64,000 bases of DNA from Podarcis muralis (taxonomy: Eukaryota). Location: positions 100,440,001 through 100,504,000 of the forward strand of contig NC_135655.1 of assembly GCF_964188315.1 (NCBI RefSeq). The letters are read 5' to 3'. Below are positions 1 to 12,286 of this stretch, piece after piece. The notes under the pieces are model-generated. The model was not told where the DNA came from. It saw only the letters and a list, made by a program, of their open reading frames with translations, and searched no databases. Numbering within the stretch: position 1 is the stretch's first letter; each line of letters starts with the position of its first letter. A program made the translations under genes and the position numbers.

Positions 1-1120
1 TCTGGTGAGACAGTCCACAGACAGGTAGGGTCTCAGCCTGCGTGCCAGGTGGAGCTGGTAGACAGCCGCCCTGGACATAGAATTAACCTGCGCCTCCATG
101 GACAGCTGTGAGTCCAAAATGACTCCCAGGCTGTGCACCTGGTCCTTCAGGGGCACAGTTACCCCATTCAGGACCAGGGAGCCCCCCACCCCCGCCCACC
201 CCCTATCCTCCATGCATCTAGCCATTTTCATCCCAACCACACAAAGTCTCTCAGATTGTGATTTGCAACACATAGAAACAAGTGATAACGCTGTTTTTAA
301 ATGTGCGGATTTAGAGATGGCTGGACAGAGGGACAGATAGGGAAGATAAAGTGATTTGGCACTGGATACATTTATGAACTTGGGGACAACTATCCTCGTT
401 AAAATAATTATAAAATGATTTTAAAACATGCCAATCCCTTTTTTCTTGATTTGAACCAAGTTGATCTAAGGAAGCAGGCTGTTTTTTTTCAGGCATCAGA
501 GACAAAACTCTCAAATGATTGGTAGGGACATTACACACACAGCTATGTGGGTTGCTGCTCCTGTTACTTATCTGTCATTTACAGCAGATCTCGTATAACA
601 ATATGTTTTGGTTCAATAAGAATTCTCCTTGGTAATGTATGGCATGTGGTCTAGGAGCAGGCCAACAAGGCTGTTCAGATGCCCAGGTGTTACAAACCCG
701 TAATTCTTATTAGGAAATATCTTCTTGCATTGCCTGCAGAGCTTGGATTTTTGCCTTTGGCTGTAGCCCCAGACTTCTGCCTATGAAGTCATCCTTCCAT
801 GCCTATACATGGAAAGAGGCCAACATAGATGCCATCATAAGGGATTCAGCTGAGCATATGCTGAGAAAATTGTAGCATCCATATACTGTGCATGCAATAG
901 AGTTGACTAAACACACAGGTAAACTGAAGGTTATGGCCGTGAAAAAGGAAACATAGGTTTGCTGAAACTGCCATTTAGGGATTGTTAACAGTTATTTCCT
1001 GGCTCTGCATTGTAATATTATCAACACGTTCTGTTCCACGACTTCTCTTGCCTTGCTTGAATGACTATAAGTAAAGCAAAAGGTATTTTATATTGTTTCC
1101 TGTTCTTTTTTCCAAAACAG

Positions 1121-1159
1121 AGGAAACATGAGAGACCCAAACATCTCTGGTGGCTGATG
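1121..1159 (+). other. candidate 39-nt internal exon
   Basis: Pyrimidine tract TTGTTTCCTGTTCTTTTTTCCAAAACAG before it and ATG|GTATGC donor after it; splice signals only. Confidence 0.3.
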
Positions 1160-2549
1160 GTATGCTGAATAGAGGGGGCCACCTAGAAGAAATGCGTCCA
1201 TCTTGGGACAAAGATATAATTGTGTTTTGTGCTACATTAGGATATGAAATTAAACAAATGTAGTTAAAGGGATTCAGATTTGAAATAGCAGATATAAATA
1301 GCAAGTGTTCACACAGAAATCAAAAGAAGACAGGTTATGTATTTTATAACTGAAATTGCTTGGCACCAGTTCTAAATTGAGTTATCACGTTTGGTGAGAA
1401 GCAACTGGGTTTTATGATCTAAAACCTGGCTTCACATACAATCAATTTTAAAATCATAATAAAGTAACTTTGCCATTATTTAATTCACATTTTTAAAAAA
1501 ATAAAAATAAAAAGGAGAAAATGCAATTAGGGTTGAATTTGTGTGAATTTTGCAATGCTCATAAAAATGCCAGGTTGGATTCGTGTAAATTCCCACCGAC
1601 ATCAATGGAACTTTTAAATTGCTCCATTGATTTCAATGAGAACTAAATGCAACTAGCTTACCTTGCAATGCTGTACATGTCTGCTCAGAAGGAAGACCAC
1701 TGAGTGCAATGGGACTTACAGGTAAATATGAATAGCGCTGTAGCCTTAATCTGGAACAAACCTGTAACAGGTATAACGCAAACTTTCATGGTCAGCAAAA
1801 CAAGCATGGATAGAAACATGGAATGAGAAGGTACGGTTCCTAAATAAGGTAAGATAAAAGCTATTTGTCCTCTTCTTTTCACACACTGAGAAATATATTG
1901 GGTCTAATAATATGGCACCAATTCCAGTATGTCCAGGAGCATTTCAGATACCAGAAACCCTAGGGAACTGCATTATGCTCAGTAGTATCCCAGTATGAAG
2001 ACTCAAATAAGAGATACCTATTCTTTATCAGGAATACTGAGTCATTTCTAAGAATTTAGGGAGCTCTGGGAAACACACAATTCCAAGGTAATTCTCTTCT
2101 CTGGGGTACTGCTGCCTCAGGTCACATCCACATCATATGAGTAAAGCGCTCTTACAACACTTTAACCATCATATCATTCCTCAAAGAAACTTGGGAACTG
2201 TAGTTTGTTAAAGCTGGTGATGATCGTTAGGAGATCCCTCGCACAGCTACACTTCCCAACACACCCTTAACGAACTACAGTGCCTAGGATTCCTTGAAGA
2301 AACCCATTACTATTCAAGTGGTGTAAGTACTTTAAATGTGTGGTTTGGGTGTGACCATAGTGTTTCCTGACAAAGTGCAGATGCTGGCACTAAGTCTCCC
2401 TGACACTCGCTTCCAGAGTTGTCTGACGGAAGGGGAAAAGGCCGCAGGAAGGGAGAGCTAGTGTTAGGAGTGACCATTATGGGCTGGGCCCAAACTTCAA
2501 AAGGGTGCTTGCCAACCCCATCTGAAATTCTGTGCCATCAATGCAGAGT

Positions 2550-3330
2550 TGAATGAATGAAACTTTATTTGCATCAGCTGTTGGCCATAGCAACAAAAAG
2601 CATTGCGATATACACAGAACAAAATAAAAGTGGGTTATATAAAACACAGTTTAGGGTCCTGAATCAGCAGTCAAATAGTGGACCTTATTCTGATTGATCC
2701 AGCTAGAAACCTTGCAACCTTTGCAGTCACCTGCTCCTCTTGATCTGTCAGGAGAAATGACACCATGGCAGTGGTTGTGCGACCCGGAATGGTCAATAAG
2801 AGGCGTAATAATCTCATTCCACAGGTCTTTGTAAAGAGTGCATGCGAGGAGGGCATGCGTCACTGATTCGGTGCTGCCATCTCCGCAGGGACATAAGCAT
2901 TTCTCGTATGGAAAATGTTGGAATCATCCCTCAAGTACAGCTGAGGGCAGTACATTCAGTCTTGCGAGGGTAAAGGCGTGTCTATATTTTGGAATTGCTA
3001 GGTTATACAAATAGGGTGCCAGAGAGTCAAAGTGGAAGGATAGAAAATGGTCATACCATGGGCAAAATTTCCTTATTGTGGCCAAGTTGTTCTGACGCTC
3101 AATATCATTTAGGCGTTGGCAAATTAAACTCTTTGCTTTGCTATAACCCACAGTGAGTAGCTGTTGTGGGGATAAACCACAAGAGTGAAGTTTTTGGTTG
3201 ACAATTTTCAACCGGGTACTCTTGTGACAGTCTTGTTGCACTAGCAATATTAGACCGGGGGGATTTGAGCTAAGGCCGGGGTCATTGTGACACCAGAAGC
3301 CAGTAGACTAGTTCATTTATGCTGGCCTTT
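2550..3330 (-). mobile_element. 5'-truncated non-LTR retrotransposon 3' end (RTE-X-like), decayed ORF2 C-terminus
   Basis: Minus-strand translation RHAFTLARLNVLPSAVLEG*...EKCLCPCGDGSTESVTHALLACTLYKDL (Cys/His knuckle typical of LINE ORF2 C-termini), then AATAAA and a (TTCA)n tail at about 2550; the clade assignment is from memory. Confidence 0.7.
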
Positions 3331-4549
3331 TCTCTACTATGTGCTATGTTTGTGAGCTTTAAATGGCATGCCAAAGGACGCTGCAGATTTGAAAGAATCC
3401 CATAATTTCATGGGCATACAGCTAGTATGGTAAGGAACCACAGGGAGAAATATGTTCAATAGGTTACATATTGATGGCTTTTAAGAGTGTGTCCTTTGAT
3501 GATACCTGTTAGCTACTAATGCAGTCAAACTAACAATGTTTCATTGATATCAGATCCAGTTCAGTAATATTTATTGCAATCTATAATGTAGAGTCAGCCC
3601 TGTACCAAAGTAGGAGACACAAGTATTTATGATTATTAGTACAATATTGAAGCATCCTGAACCAATTACTGATCCAATTACCATGTCATTATTATCTTCT
3701 GAATAGAGCTTGATTTGTCAGTGATAAATATGAAGCAATTAAACCACCTTTTTACATAATAAAACACTGCAGGTGTTTATTCTTAAGGCTTTATGGATAC
3801 CAACAACCAATAGATTTAATTAAATATCCCTTGCAATAAATGGGGATTTCATTAAATTGTTCTAACATTAGTGCATCTTTTTAGTCAGTGCTGCTGAAAG
3901 ATATGATTAGACTTTATTTTGCTTAAAAGCTGCACTAAGTGACCAAACAATATGACTCCAGCGTCCAAATCTTCCAAATAATTAACGAGACTTATTTAAA
4001 GAACATTTGATTGGCTTCTAAGATTATTACTTTGATCTGGAGGGAGAAAAGTTGACTTTAATGTTTTTTTGGGGGGTTGTGTGTGAAGGAAATGAATGCT
4101 TTTATTAACACAAATACACAGATTAAGTTCTACTAAGCATATTTGCTAGAAAATGTCTCATTAAATTAACTTGGACTTACTTCTGAGTAAATAAGTATAT
4201 GATTAAGGGTTTATTTGTAACCTTATTCTTATCAATCAAGGCATTCCTGATTATGAGTCAATCTGGGTTACCTAAGAGCCAAACTAGATGTTCTGTAAAT
4301 AGAAGCCATGAGAAGGTTGAACAGTATTAGGACCATAGTAAAGGGGGGGGGGGGGAGAGGGAGAATTTAACCCTTTCCTGCCTTTCATGGTTGTGACAAA
4401 ATCCCTGCTCCCCCCAAAAAGCATCCTGCTATTTGCATTGGGATGAAAACCTTGATTGGTGCTAACAGGGACTTATCTCAACATTCAAATAGAACCCTGG
4501 GAATTGTTTGTTTGTGTGTCCATTTTCATTGGGACCACAACAGTTAAAT

Positions 4550-4640
4550 ACTGGGTGACCTTTGGCCACTCACTCTTTCTCAGCATAACCTACCTCGCAC
4601 AGTTGTGGCAACTAAAGTGGAGAAATTAAGTGTGTCACCC
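4550..4640 (+). mobile_element. old CORE/MIR-like SINE fragment
   Basis: CTGGGTGACCTTTGGCCACTCACTCTTTCTCAGCATAACCTACCTCGCACAGTTGTG resembles the CORE domain, and also the Squam3-like copies in this window. Confidence 0.45.
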
Positions 4641-5772
4641 CAATCTATTTGGAGGAACCCTTGCCCTTCCACAAGTTGAAGGGCTCCTTCCATTCATGGA
4701 TGGGAATGAGAGCCAGCAGAAGAACCCTATTGGCCAAGGCAGGGCAGTGGGAAGTGTTGCTTTTTGCCAATTCTACTCTCCCTGTCACATTTCTAACACT
4801 GTTCCCATGTGCCCCCCAGCCCTCCAGAGCAGATTTTGTAGGAGACTTTGTGGGCTCTAGGGGTGAGATGGACTCGGCAAAAATCACCCCTCTTTCTCCA
4901 GTGGGAGCATCCCTGGAGGGGAGTTCTACTCACAGGAATTCCGGATCCCACCCAGCATATCCAGGTTCTTTCCAATGTAAGGTTATACCAACTGGCTATC
5001 ATTTCATTAGAAAAAATGGCGACCAGTCTTCCAGTCATGGAATTGGGCCTTCCGAACAAACAAAAAGACATTGAGGTGACATGGTGCAGGCAAAGCTTCT
5101 TATTTTGCTCTTTCTTTTGCCCTGTTTAAAACAGTACCTGTGTTTTCTACTGCCAATGAGATTAGTATTTGAATACAATCAATAGAGTGACTGCTAAGAA
5201 TCCCTTCGCCAGCATAATTTAAATCGCACAATGAAGTATGTAAAGGGAAAAAATGTACCACACTGCTAGGCACTCACCTTCGAAGTGTGAAGTGGTAGCT
5301 GGGGGGGATTTATCCATTGATGCAGTGTGAACCTGTCTGTGTTAATATAGAATAATATATGTTTCAGGATTGTTAGTCTGTAATGAAGGAAGGGATGCCT
5401 ATATTATTATTTTTTGTTTCTTCTTAATTGGATTACATTAGCAGGCATTCCTCCTTTTCTTGTGAGATCTTTGGAGAACCCTGCTGTAGAGTTTGTAAAG
5501 TCAAGTTGACAACACATAAAAGTGTCATCAGTCCATTTTATTTTACTTTGAAAGACTGAGAGCGGAAGTACAGATCAAGAAAAGTTTTGGAGCAATTGAC
5601 ATCTTACTGATAAATCCCACATTGATTTTAGTAGTTTAAGATGGGAGTCCCCTCTTCTAGCCCACACACTTTTGTCTTCCAAAACTGTTGACCTACAAGA
5701 GGCAAACATTCATGCTTGTTGAAGTGATCCTTATGATGAAAAGGTACAGAATATAAAACAAATTATAGTGCA

Positions 5773-5774
<2 letters not shown>

Positions 5775-5811
<37 letters not shown>
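5775..5811. repeat. (TG)n microsatellite
   Basis: Perfect dinucleotide run. Confidence 0.95.
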
Positions 5812-5814
<3 letters not shown>

Positions 5815-6010
5815 GGTGGTGTTTTTTCCTATTTCTTTTTAAAGCAACTTAATAGAAAATGAAAACTTGGTTCCAGGGAACACTTAATTCAAACTAAGTG
5901 AAGCAATAACCCCAGGAATAAATTCATGGACTACAATTAAATATATTTGCAATAAGTGGTTTGGTTGGAAACACCTATTCCCTTCACGGATAAAATAAAA
6001 CCTGCCTCCT

Positions 6011-6174
6011 NNNNNNNNNNNNNNNNNNNNNNNNNNNNNNNNNNNNNNNNNNNNNNNNNNNNNNNNNNNNNNNNNNNNNNNNNNNNNNNNNNNNNNNNNN
6101 NNNNNNNNNNNNNNNNNNNNNNNNNNNNNNNNNNNNNNNNNNNNNNNNNNNNNNNNNNNNNNNNNNNNNNNNNN
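6011..6174. other. N gap
   Basis: Run of N. Confidence 0.99.
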
Positions 6175-7073
6175 ACTGATATTTTGATATATTACTATTG
6201 TGCCTCAAAGAACTGTCTATAAATAAAGCAGACTAATAACAACTGTTTTAAGTGTTCAAAACAATAATATAATGTCTCTGAGTTTATCTGCTCAGGGTGG
6301 AGAGTAACGTGCTTAAGCAGAATTATGATCTTCGCAGTGTTTGACTTAATTTTTTCCAGGAATTTAGTCATGTATCTACTACAGGGGTGTTGTACAAAAA
6401 AGCTTTATCCTTCATTTCAGGCTTTTTAATAGTTAAACTACAAGCAACCTTGGAGAAGGAAAACATACATTATGTAGGCTCACTTTCTAAATGCTTACTA
6501 AATGTGCTAATTTAAAGGTGAGCGATCTTAAAGGTGAACTAGTTTATTAGTGGGTGCATATTAAGCGGTGAGAATGTTAGCATAAAGGGTACCTTTAGTA
6601 GGTTTGCTATTTTTGTAACTGAGCATCACTCTGATATCCAACCAGTACTGTCTGTTTGGGGAAGGGCCACTGCTGGTGTAAAAGGGGGGGGGGGGAGAGG
6701 CAGAATTTCTAATAAATCAATAGAGCAAGGCCTTTAGAGACCTGGAAGACATATGGACGGTAATAGAGTATCTCAGGTTGTCTTGTGAATGATTCCATCT
6801 GGATGAGGGCTTGGTGTTATTCACAGCCTTCTTCTCCCCTAAAACACCTTCAATCTTATCCACAGCCTCGATCTCAAATGTCAGACCACCTGGGATATGC
6901 AGCTGTCAGGCTGAAAGGGGAGCTGCCTGGGACTAGCCCTAGCCTGCTCATCAAGCAGATACTGTCACTGACAAGCAGGGAATGCTAGGTGCACGAGGGT
7001 GACAGGAGTATCAAGGGCAGGGAAGAGTGCATGACTTTGGATTTAAAATGCAACAGCAACAAAAATTATATGT

Positions 7074-7075
<2 letters not shown>

Positions 7076-7105
<30 letters not shown>
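7076..7105. repeat. (AC)n microsatellite
   Basis: Dinucleotide run. Confidence 0.9.
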
Positions 7106-7108
<3 letters not shown>

Positions 7109-7459
7109 ACAAACAAAATATGATACTTGAAGTATGTGTTTCTGTTAGCACGGTGACGTATAACGGGAGATTTAGTGCTTTATTTCAAAGCCGGTATAGA
7201 AATAAATGTCAGCCAACATCCATTTCTCTAAAACGGGCAGATTCTTTGCTCGTTGTCACCCAAGTAAATCTTCAGTGAATGCTCCACAGCCATACTCATA
7301 AGAGAAAGGGAGGCGAGGACATGTTTGTGTTATTACGTTTGGTTTAAAGCATTTTGCAGACCGATCATGGTGACAGTTTCTTCCTCTCTCCCTTGTCAGC
7401 AGTAAATACTATTCTTGGAATATATATATAGGTACAAACCTCATTCTCCTTGGATGTAA

Positions 7460-7463
<4 letters not shown>

Positions 7464-7509
<46 letters not shown>
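7464..7509. repeat. (TC)n microsatellite
   Basis: Dinucleotide run. Confidence 0.9.
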
Positions 7510-7511
<2 letters not shown>

Positions 7512-8174
7512 AGTATGCCTATGATTTGAGTTAGAAGATCACTGGCATTTATTATTAAGTTAATTCTTCACCTGACTGTGAGTCAGCCAAGTGCAACAGG
7601 CACTTTCAGCAGACAGAGTGCAAATACTCCACCGTTTGTCAGGGGCTGAATGCAAACTGTGGGCAGGTACCTTGGAGAAAGTTGTGTTAAAGGCAGCCAG
7701 CAACCTGGGGGCAAGCTTAACGGGAGCAAAGAGCTGAAACAAGAAAAGAAAGCAGGGAAGACAGTTGGTGGCGGCTTCCCTCCCAACCCAGGAGGATCAT
7801 GGGACACAATGTCAAATTTCCATCTTAAATGGTCTCAGCTCCCTTCTGCAGTGAGCATTCCTGGTGACACAGGGATCAAGGAGCTGCTGCTTAATCTATA
7901 GGACGCCTCTCTTTTCAGATAGTATAGTTTCAAATATGAACTGCTTGTGTACAAGGCCAACTTTATCATTAGGCGGGATTAGGCAGCAACCTTAGGGGGC
8001 AGATGCTAGCGGGCAGGTGGTGGCAGTGAGGTGTTGCAAGACAAAGCAGTAGGTGCCGCTAACCCATCCTGCATCCCTTAAACTAGCTTCATTCCCTCAG
8101 GTGAATGGGAGACACCCAGCGTCGACGGAAGATTAAACCTCTAGTCCAGTGAAATTGTAGGGGGTGTTAACACT

Positions 8175-8718
8175 GGAACTTAGGGACGTCCAATGGAACT
8201 GATGGCTGGGCGATTCAGGCCTGACAAAAGAAGGGGCTTCTTCACACAGTGCATAGTTAAACTATAGAAATTTGCCCCCACAAGAGGCAGTGGTGGCTAT
8301 CAACTTAAGGTAAAGGTAAAGGGATCCCTGACCATTAGGTCCAGTCGTGACCGACTCTCGCTTTATTGGCCGACGGAGCCGGCGTACAGCTTCCAGGTCA
8401 TGTGGCCAGCATGACTAAGCTGCTTCTGGTGAACCAGAGCAGTGCACAGAAACACTGTTTACCTTCCCGCCGGAGCGGTACCTATTTATCTACTTGCACC
8501 TCTCTCTTTTTTGGTGTGCTTTAAAACTGCTAGGTTGGCAGAAGCTGGGACTGAGCAATGGGAGCTCACCCCTTCGCAGGGATTCGAACTGCCACCCTTC
8601 TGACTGGCAAGTACTAGGCTCTGTGGTTTAACCCACAGCGCCACCCACGTCCCTTTAGATGGTGTGAAAAGGGATTAGACAAATTCATGGAAGATATGAC
8701 TACCAGTGGCTGCTAGCA
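8175..8718 (+). mobile_element. CR1 LINE 3' end, split by a Sauria SINE
   Basis: GATTCAGG..ACAAAAGAAG..CTTCTTCACACAGTGCATAGTTAAACT...CAACTTA | TTAGATGG..AAAAGGGATTAGACAAATTCATGG; same family as 37420-37680 and 57990-58249. Confidence 0.8.
8307..8654 (+). mobile_element. Sauria SINE (Squam1)
   Basis: AAGGTAAAGGTAAAGGGATCCCTGACCATTAGGTCCAGTCG head, TACCTATTTATCTACTTGCAC core, CCACAGCGCCACCCACGTCCC end. Confidence 0.9.
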
Positions 8719-8934
8719 TTGCCTCCACTTTTCTTATATCCTTTTCCTCAGGCAGAAAGAAAATATTTGGCTAGCCATGATGTTCTGTTCTGTACTAAGC
8801 ATGTGTAAAAAAACAACTTGGTCTGCTCATCCCTCTGTAAAATGTTCCTATACATGCATTTACCTCTTCTGACAAAATTTGTCCCTGTGCAAGTTTCTTA
8901 AAGAAACTTTTTCTCTCACACAGAAATACATATA

Positions 8935-9149
8935 CAGTGGTACCTCAGGTTACAGACGCTTCAGGTTACAGACTCTGCTAACCCAGAAATAGTACCTTGG
9001 GTTAAGAACTTTGCTTCAGGATGAGAATAGAAATCGTGCGGAGGCAGCGGGAGGCCCTATTAGCTAAAGTGGTACCTCAGGTTAAGAACGGTTTCAGGTT
9101 AAGAATGGACCTCCGGAACAAATTAAGTTCTTAACCAGAGGTACCACTG
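8935..9149. mobile_element. Tc1/mariner (Tigger/pogo-like) MITE
   Basis: Terminal inverted repeats (TIRs) CAGTGGTACCTC...GAGGTACCACTG flanked by TA on both sides. Confidence 0.9.
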
Positions 9150-9359
9150 TACATTCTGAATGTCAAAATGAGTCTCTCATGTGACTTTTCATAAGGATCT
9201 CATATTCAGTTAGCATACAGTGTCAAAACCACATACTGCAAACCGCACATCATGATTTCGCAGAAATCATTCCTAAATCTTTGCCATGGAGGCCTAATCA
9301 CTTGGAAAATAGATACATCCTTGTCCTATTCTTTGGTGGGGAAGAGTTGACTTTCACTC

Positions 9360-9591
9360 ATTCATCCCTGCACAGAAGCAAGGGTCTGCATTTTCAAATG
9401 TGGAAAAGTGATGTGAAGCCAATTCTGCAATGAAAAGCCCAAGGAAGAAGCGGTGCCTTCTCAAGCTGGCGTCGTGCTGCCAACAGCTCATCCAAAGCTT
9501 TTACACACCGCCAAAGCTGCTTCTCAAGCCTACACAGTTTGCAAAGTGGAAAGAAAAGGAATTGAAGAAGCAAAAATAAATATTAAAGCAC
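9360..9591 (+). other. candidate non-coding first/5'UTR exon (5' boundary uncertain)
   Basis: Unique, CpG-retaining sequence ending in a CAC|GTAAGA donor; no convincing acceptor upstream. Confidence 0.25.
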
Positions 9592-9686
9592 GTAAGAATT
9601 AAACATTACCTACTTAAATAGCAATTATGCTGCTGAAAACAAGATCATCACACCTGTACAAGAAAAGACATGCAAGCTCCAAACAT

Positions 9687-9818
9687 NNNNNNNNNNNNNN
9701 NNNNNNNNNNNNNNNNNNNNNNNNNNNNNNNNNNNNNNNNNNNNNNNNNNNNNNNNNNNNNNNNNNNNNNNNNNNNNNNNNNNNNNNNNNNNNNNNNNNN
9801 NNNNNNNNNNNNNNNNNN
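9687..9818. other. N gap
   Basis: Run of N (132 nt). Confidence 0.99.
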
Positions 9819-10444
9819 TACGATTCTATGCATGAATAATTCAGTTTGTTTTGAGCAAGATATTTAAAAGTATGTAATGGCATTTATTTATTTATTTATT
9901 AATAAATACGTAGGTTGTCTTTTAACATATGTTTGTGTCTCTGTTCCCCCCCCCCTTTTTTTTCCTTTTCCTTTTACAAAAAAGATCATCCATAATGGGG
10001 GTTTTTTGGTACCATTGGATGGAACTATCTGGAGGAAAGTTAAAATGTCTATAATTGAAAAGCAAAATGCCTTGTTAGCAATGGGTGGAGGAGGAGCATT
10101 CTTTCAATTTCCTAGGGTGGAAAAGTTGAATTATTTCTTGCATTATTTTGCAGAACTGATCCAAGGTAAACCAAGTTCCACACAGTGACCCAACTCCAAA
10201 ATTATGCCCATGGAGAGTCCTTGATAACTTCTATTGCACCTACTCTCTGCCTGTTATCTTGGACACAATATTCTAATGCACAGACTTGATCCTAAATGGG
10301 CGATAATTGAAAGAAGCTATCTACACCTGGGGATGAGGGCCATATCCATGGTTTTCCTTGACAACTTACCTGTCAGACAGGAGAGAGAAGAAAGCCCCCT
10401 GGCCACACAGCTGGCCAGACTGCAGGGAATGGATGGATAGCCCA

Positions 10445-11126
10445 CCAATTTTCAAATTGCAACCAGCCAATGGTGCAGTCAGAGGGGGCGGAGCCTTGGC
10501 AGTGGACCTGAGTGAAGAAGTCTTCACTCTAGACTGCCATGGGAGGATATAACTCGGCTGTTCCTGGTGCCAGCAGCACAGTCAGTGGTTTCTGTTGGTT
10601 TCTGGCACCGTGTTCTTGGATTTTGCTGTGGATTCCATTGGTCTCCATATTCGGGGCCAGGGAGGAATTTGCCTGTAAACAAATTGGATCCAGTTTTTGT
10701 TGTTGTTGTTGTTGTTGTTGTTTTGGCCTTTCTCATAGCTATTGTCACAACTTTTGGTGGATAAAGCATTGGGTTGAATTCTTAGTTTAGATCATGGTGC
10801 AATACCTCAATCATGTGTAGGTTCGACAACTCAGGGTATCCATATCTGAGTGGAAGTTTTTGTCCTGAAGCCATAGGGAAAGTATATGGGCTGTAGAACT
10901 TCCAATGGTGGCTGGGGGAGGGCCAGCTTAGTTGACTTGCGTCTTGAGGTAGCCCATAACCAGACACAACCGTGTTCAACCTTCAGCCATTAGGTGATAG
11001 CCTGATGCAGGATGCACACTCAGTGCTTAAACCAAAGCCTACCTACATCTGTAATCAATAAAGCTGTGGCCAATTTTCAATTCCACAAAGTTGTTGTGTT
11101 CTTTCATTTCACCTGTCAATTCCACA
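10445..11126 (+). mobile_element. probable solo LTR-like element
   Basis: CCAAT, GGGGCGGAG GC box and a TATA-like GGATATAA near the 5' end; AATAAAGCTGTGGCC and a ...CA terminus at the 3' end; internal (GTT)n. 5' boundary and TSD not resolved. Confidence 0.5.
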
Positions 11127-12045
11127 TTCTTTCACCCCTGGGGGGCACTGATGCACATGGGTCCACAATACTCCTTTTGAGCTGAGGAGTTGCTTTCCTC
11201 TTTAGCAATGGAAGATGCTGTGATGAAGATTTCAAATACCCATAACCCATGTCCACAAACATGGGTTCTTTTGCGCAGAAATCTGAAAAAGAAGGGTAAT
11301 GACTGGTATCAAGTATTTCTGGAATGAAAGTGTGTAGAATAACAAAACCAGTGCAGGGCCAGCTTCTTCTGCAGAAAGATTTTACATGCATTTAACCTGG
11401 AATTTCTTCTGTGCTCAGCTTTCTATAGGCTAAGTATCCCAAAACCAAGTTCTGCAAATTCGTCTAAATGCTTATTCACCTCAGTGTTCCCTTCGTTATG
11501 CTGCCAACACCGATATTCATCAGCCGTGATGATGTTAACATATGTCCACTAGGATCAAAATTTGAACCTTTAATCACATTTCAAATAGAGATTCATTTTC
11601 CTTTGATGGTTGTATCCCACAACATCTAATATAGCACTGTCAGAAGACCTGGCACCACCTTCTGGGTCTAGCAGCTCACTTAATATCTTGGCACACAATA
11701 TGGCTTCCTTCAGTCACAGTTGCTGCCAGAAGGTTCTTCACACCTTTCATACCAGGTACTGCAACTCCCCAAGCACACCATATTGGAAGGCAGCGTCTGT
11801 CAAAAGATAAGGCTGCCAGACTTGCAGAGACTTCATAACCTAGAGATTAGGTGGTTAGAATGGAGGGATATAAGAACGGATTCACCGCCACTCGGAAATC
11901 CTTTCATCACCATGCTCAATCCAACAAATAATGGCCTTAGAAGAGAAACAACATTGTCCTTGTGGACCTTCCCCAGGGCCCTACTAAGAAGATGTTCCAG
12001 CAAGGAGGACAGGGGTGGGGCAAAACTACATAGGCTGCAATAGTA

Positions 12046-12286
12046 CAGTGGTACCTCGGGTTACATACGCTTCAGGTTACATACGCTTCAGGTTACAGAC
12101 TCCGCTAACCCAGAAATAGTACTTCAGGTTAAGAACTTTGCTTCAGGATGAGAACAGAAATCGCGCAGCGGCTGTGCAGCGGCAGCAGGAGGACCCATTA
12201 GCTAAAGTGGTGCTTCAGCTTAAGAACAGTTTCAGGTTAAGTATGGACCGCCGGAACGAATTAAGTACTCCCCCGAGGTACCATTG
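12046..12286. mobile_element. Tc1/mariner (Tigger-like) MITE
   Basis: TA|CAGTGGTACCTCGGGTTACA...CCGAGGTACCATTG; same family as 8935-9149. Confidence 0.9.

Noticed and set aside
1671-1890. Minus-strand exon with AAG|GTAAGC donor
   Set aside because: Ambiguous acceptors and adjacency to a palindromic repeat; an equally good + strand donor at 1850 shows how common decoys are
4649-5129. Cluster of overlapping ORFs up to 141 aa
   Set aside because: ORFs on both strands in a GC-richer, repeat-like patch with no protein-family signature
5278-5332. Minus-strand 55-nt exon with AAG|GTGAGT donor
   Set aside because: The acceptor has a poor pyrimidine tract, the length is not a multiple of 3, and there are no partner exons; likely a decoy
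8080-8175. AmnSINE1 fragment (GTAGGGGGTGTTAAC)
   Set aside because: Only one short block resembles the consensus, which is too little to support a call
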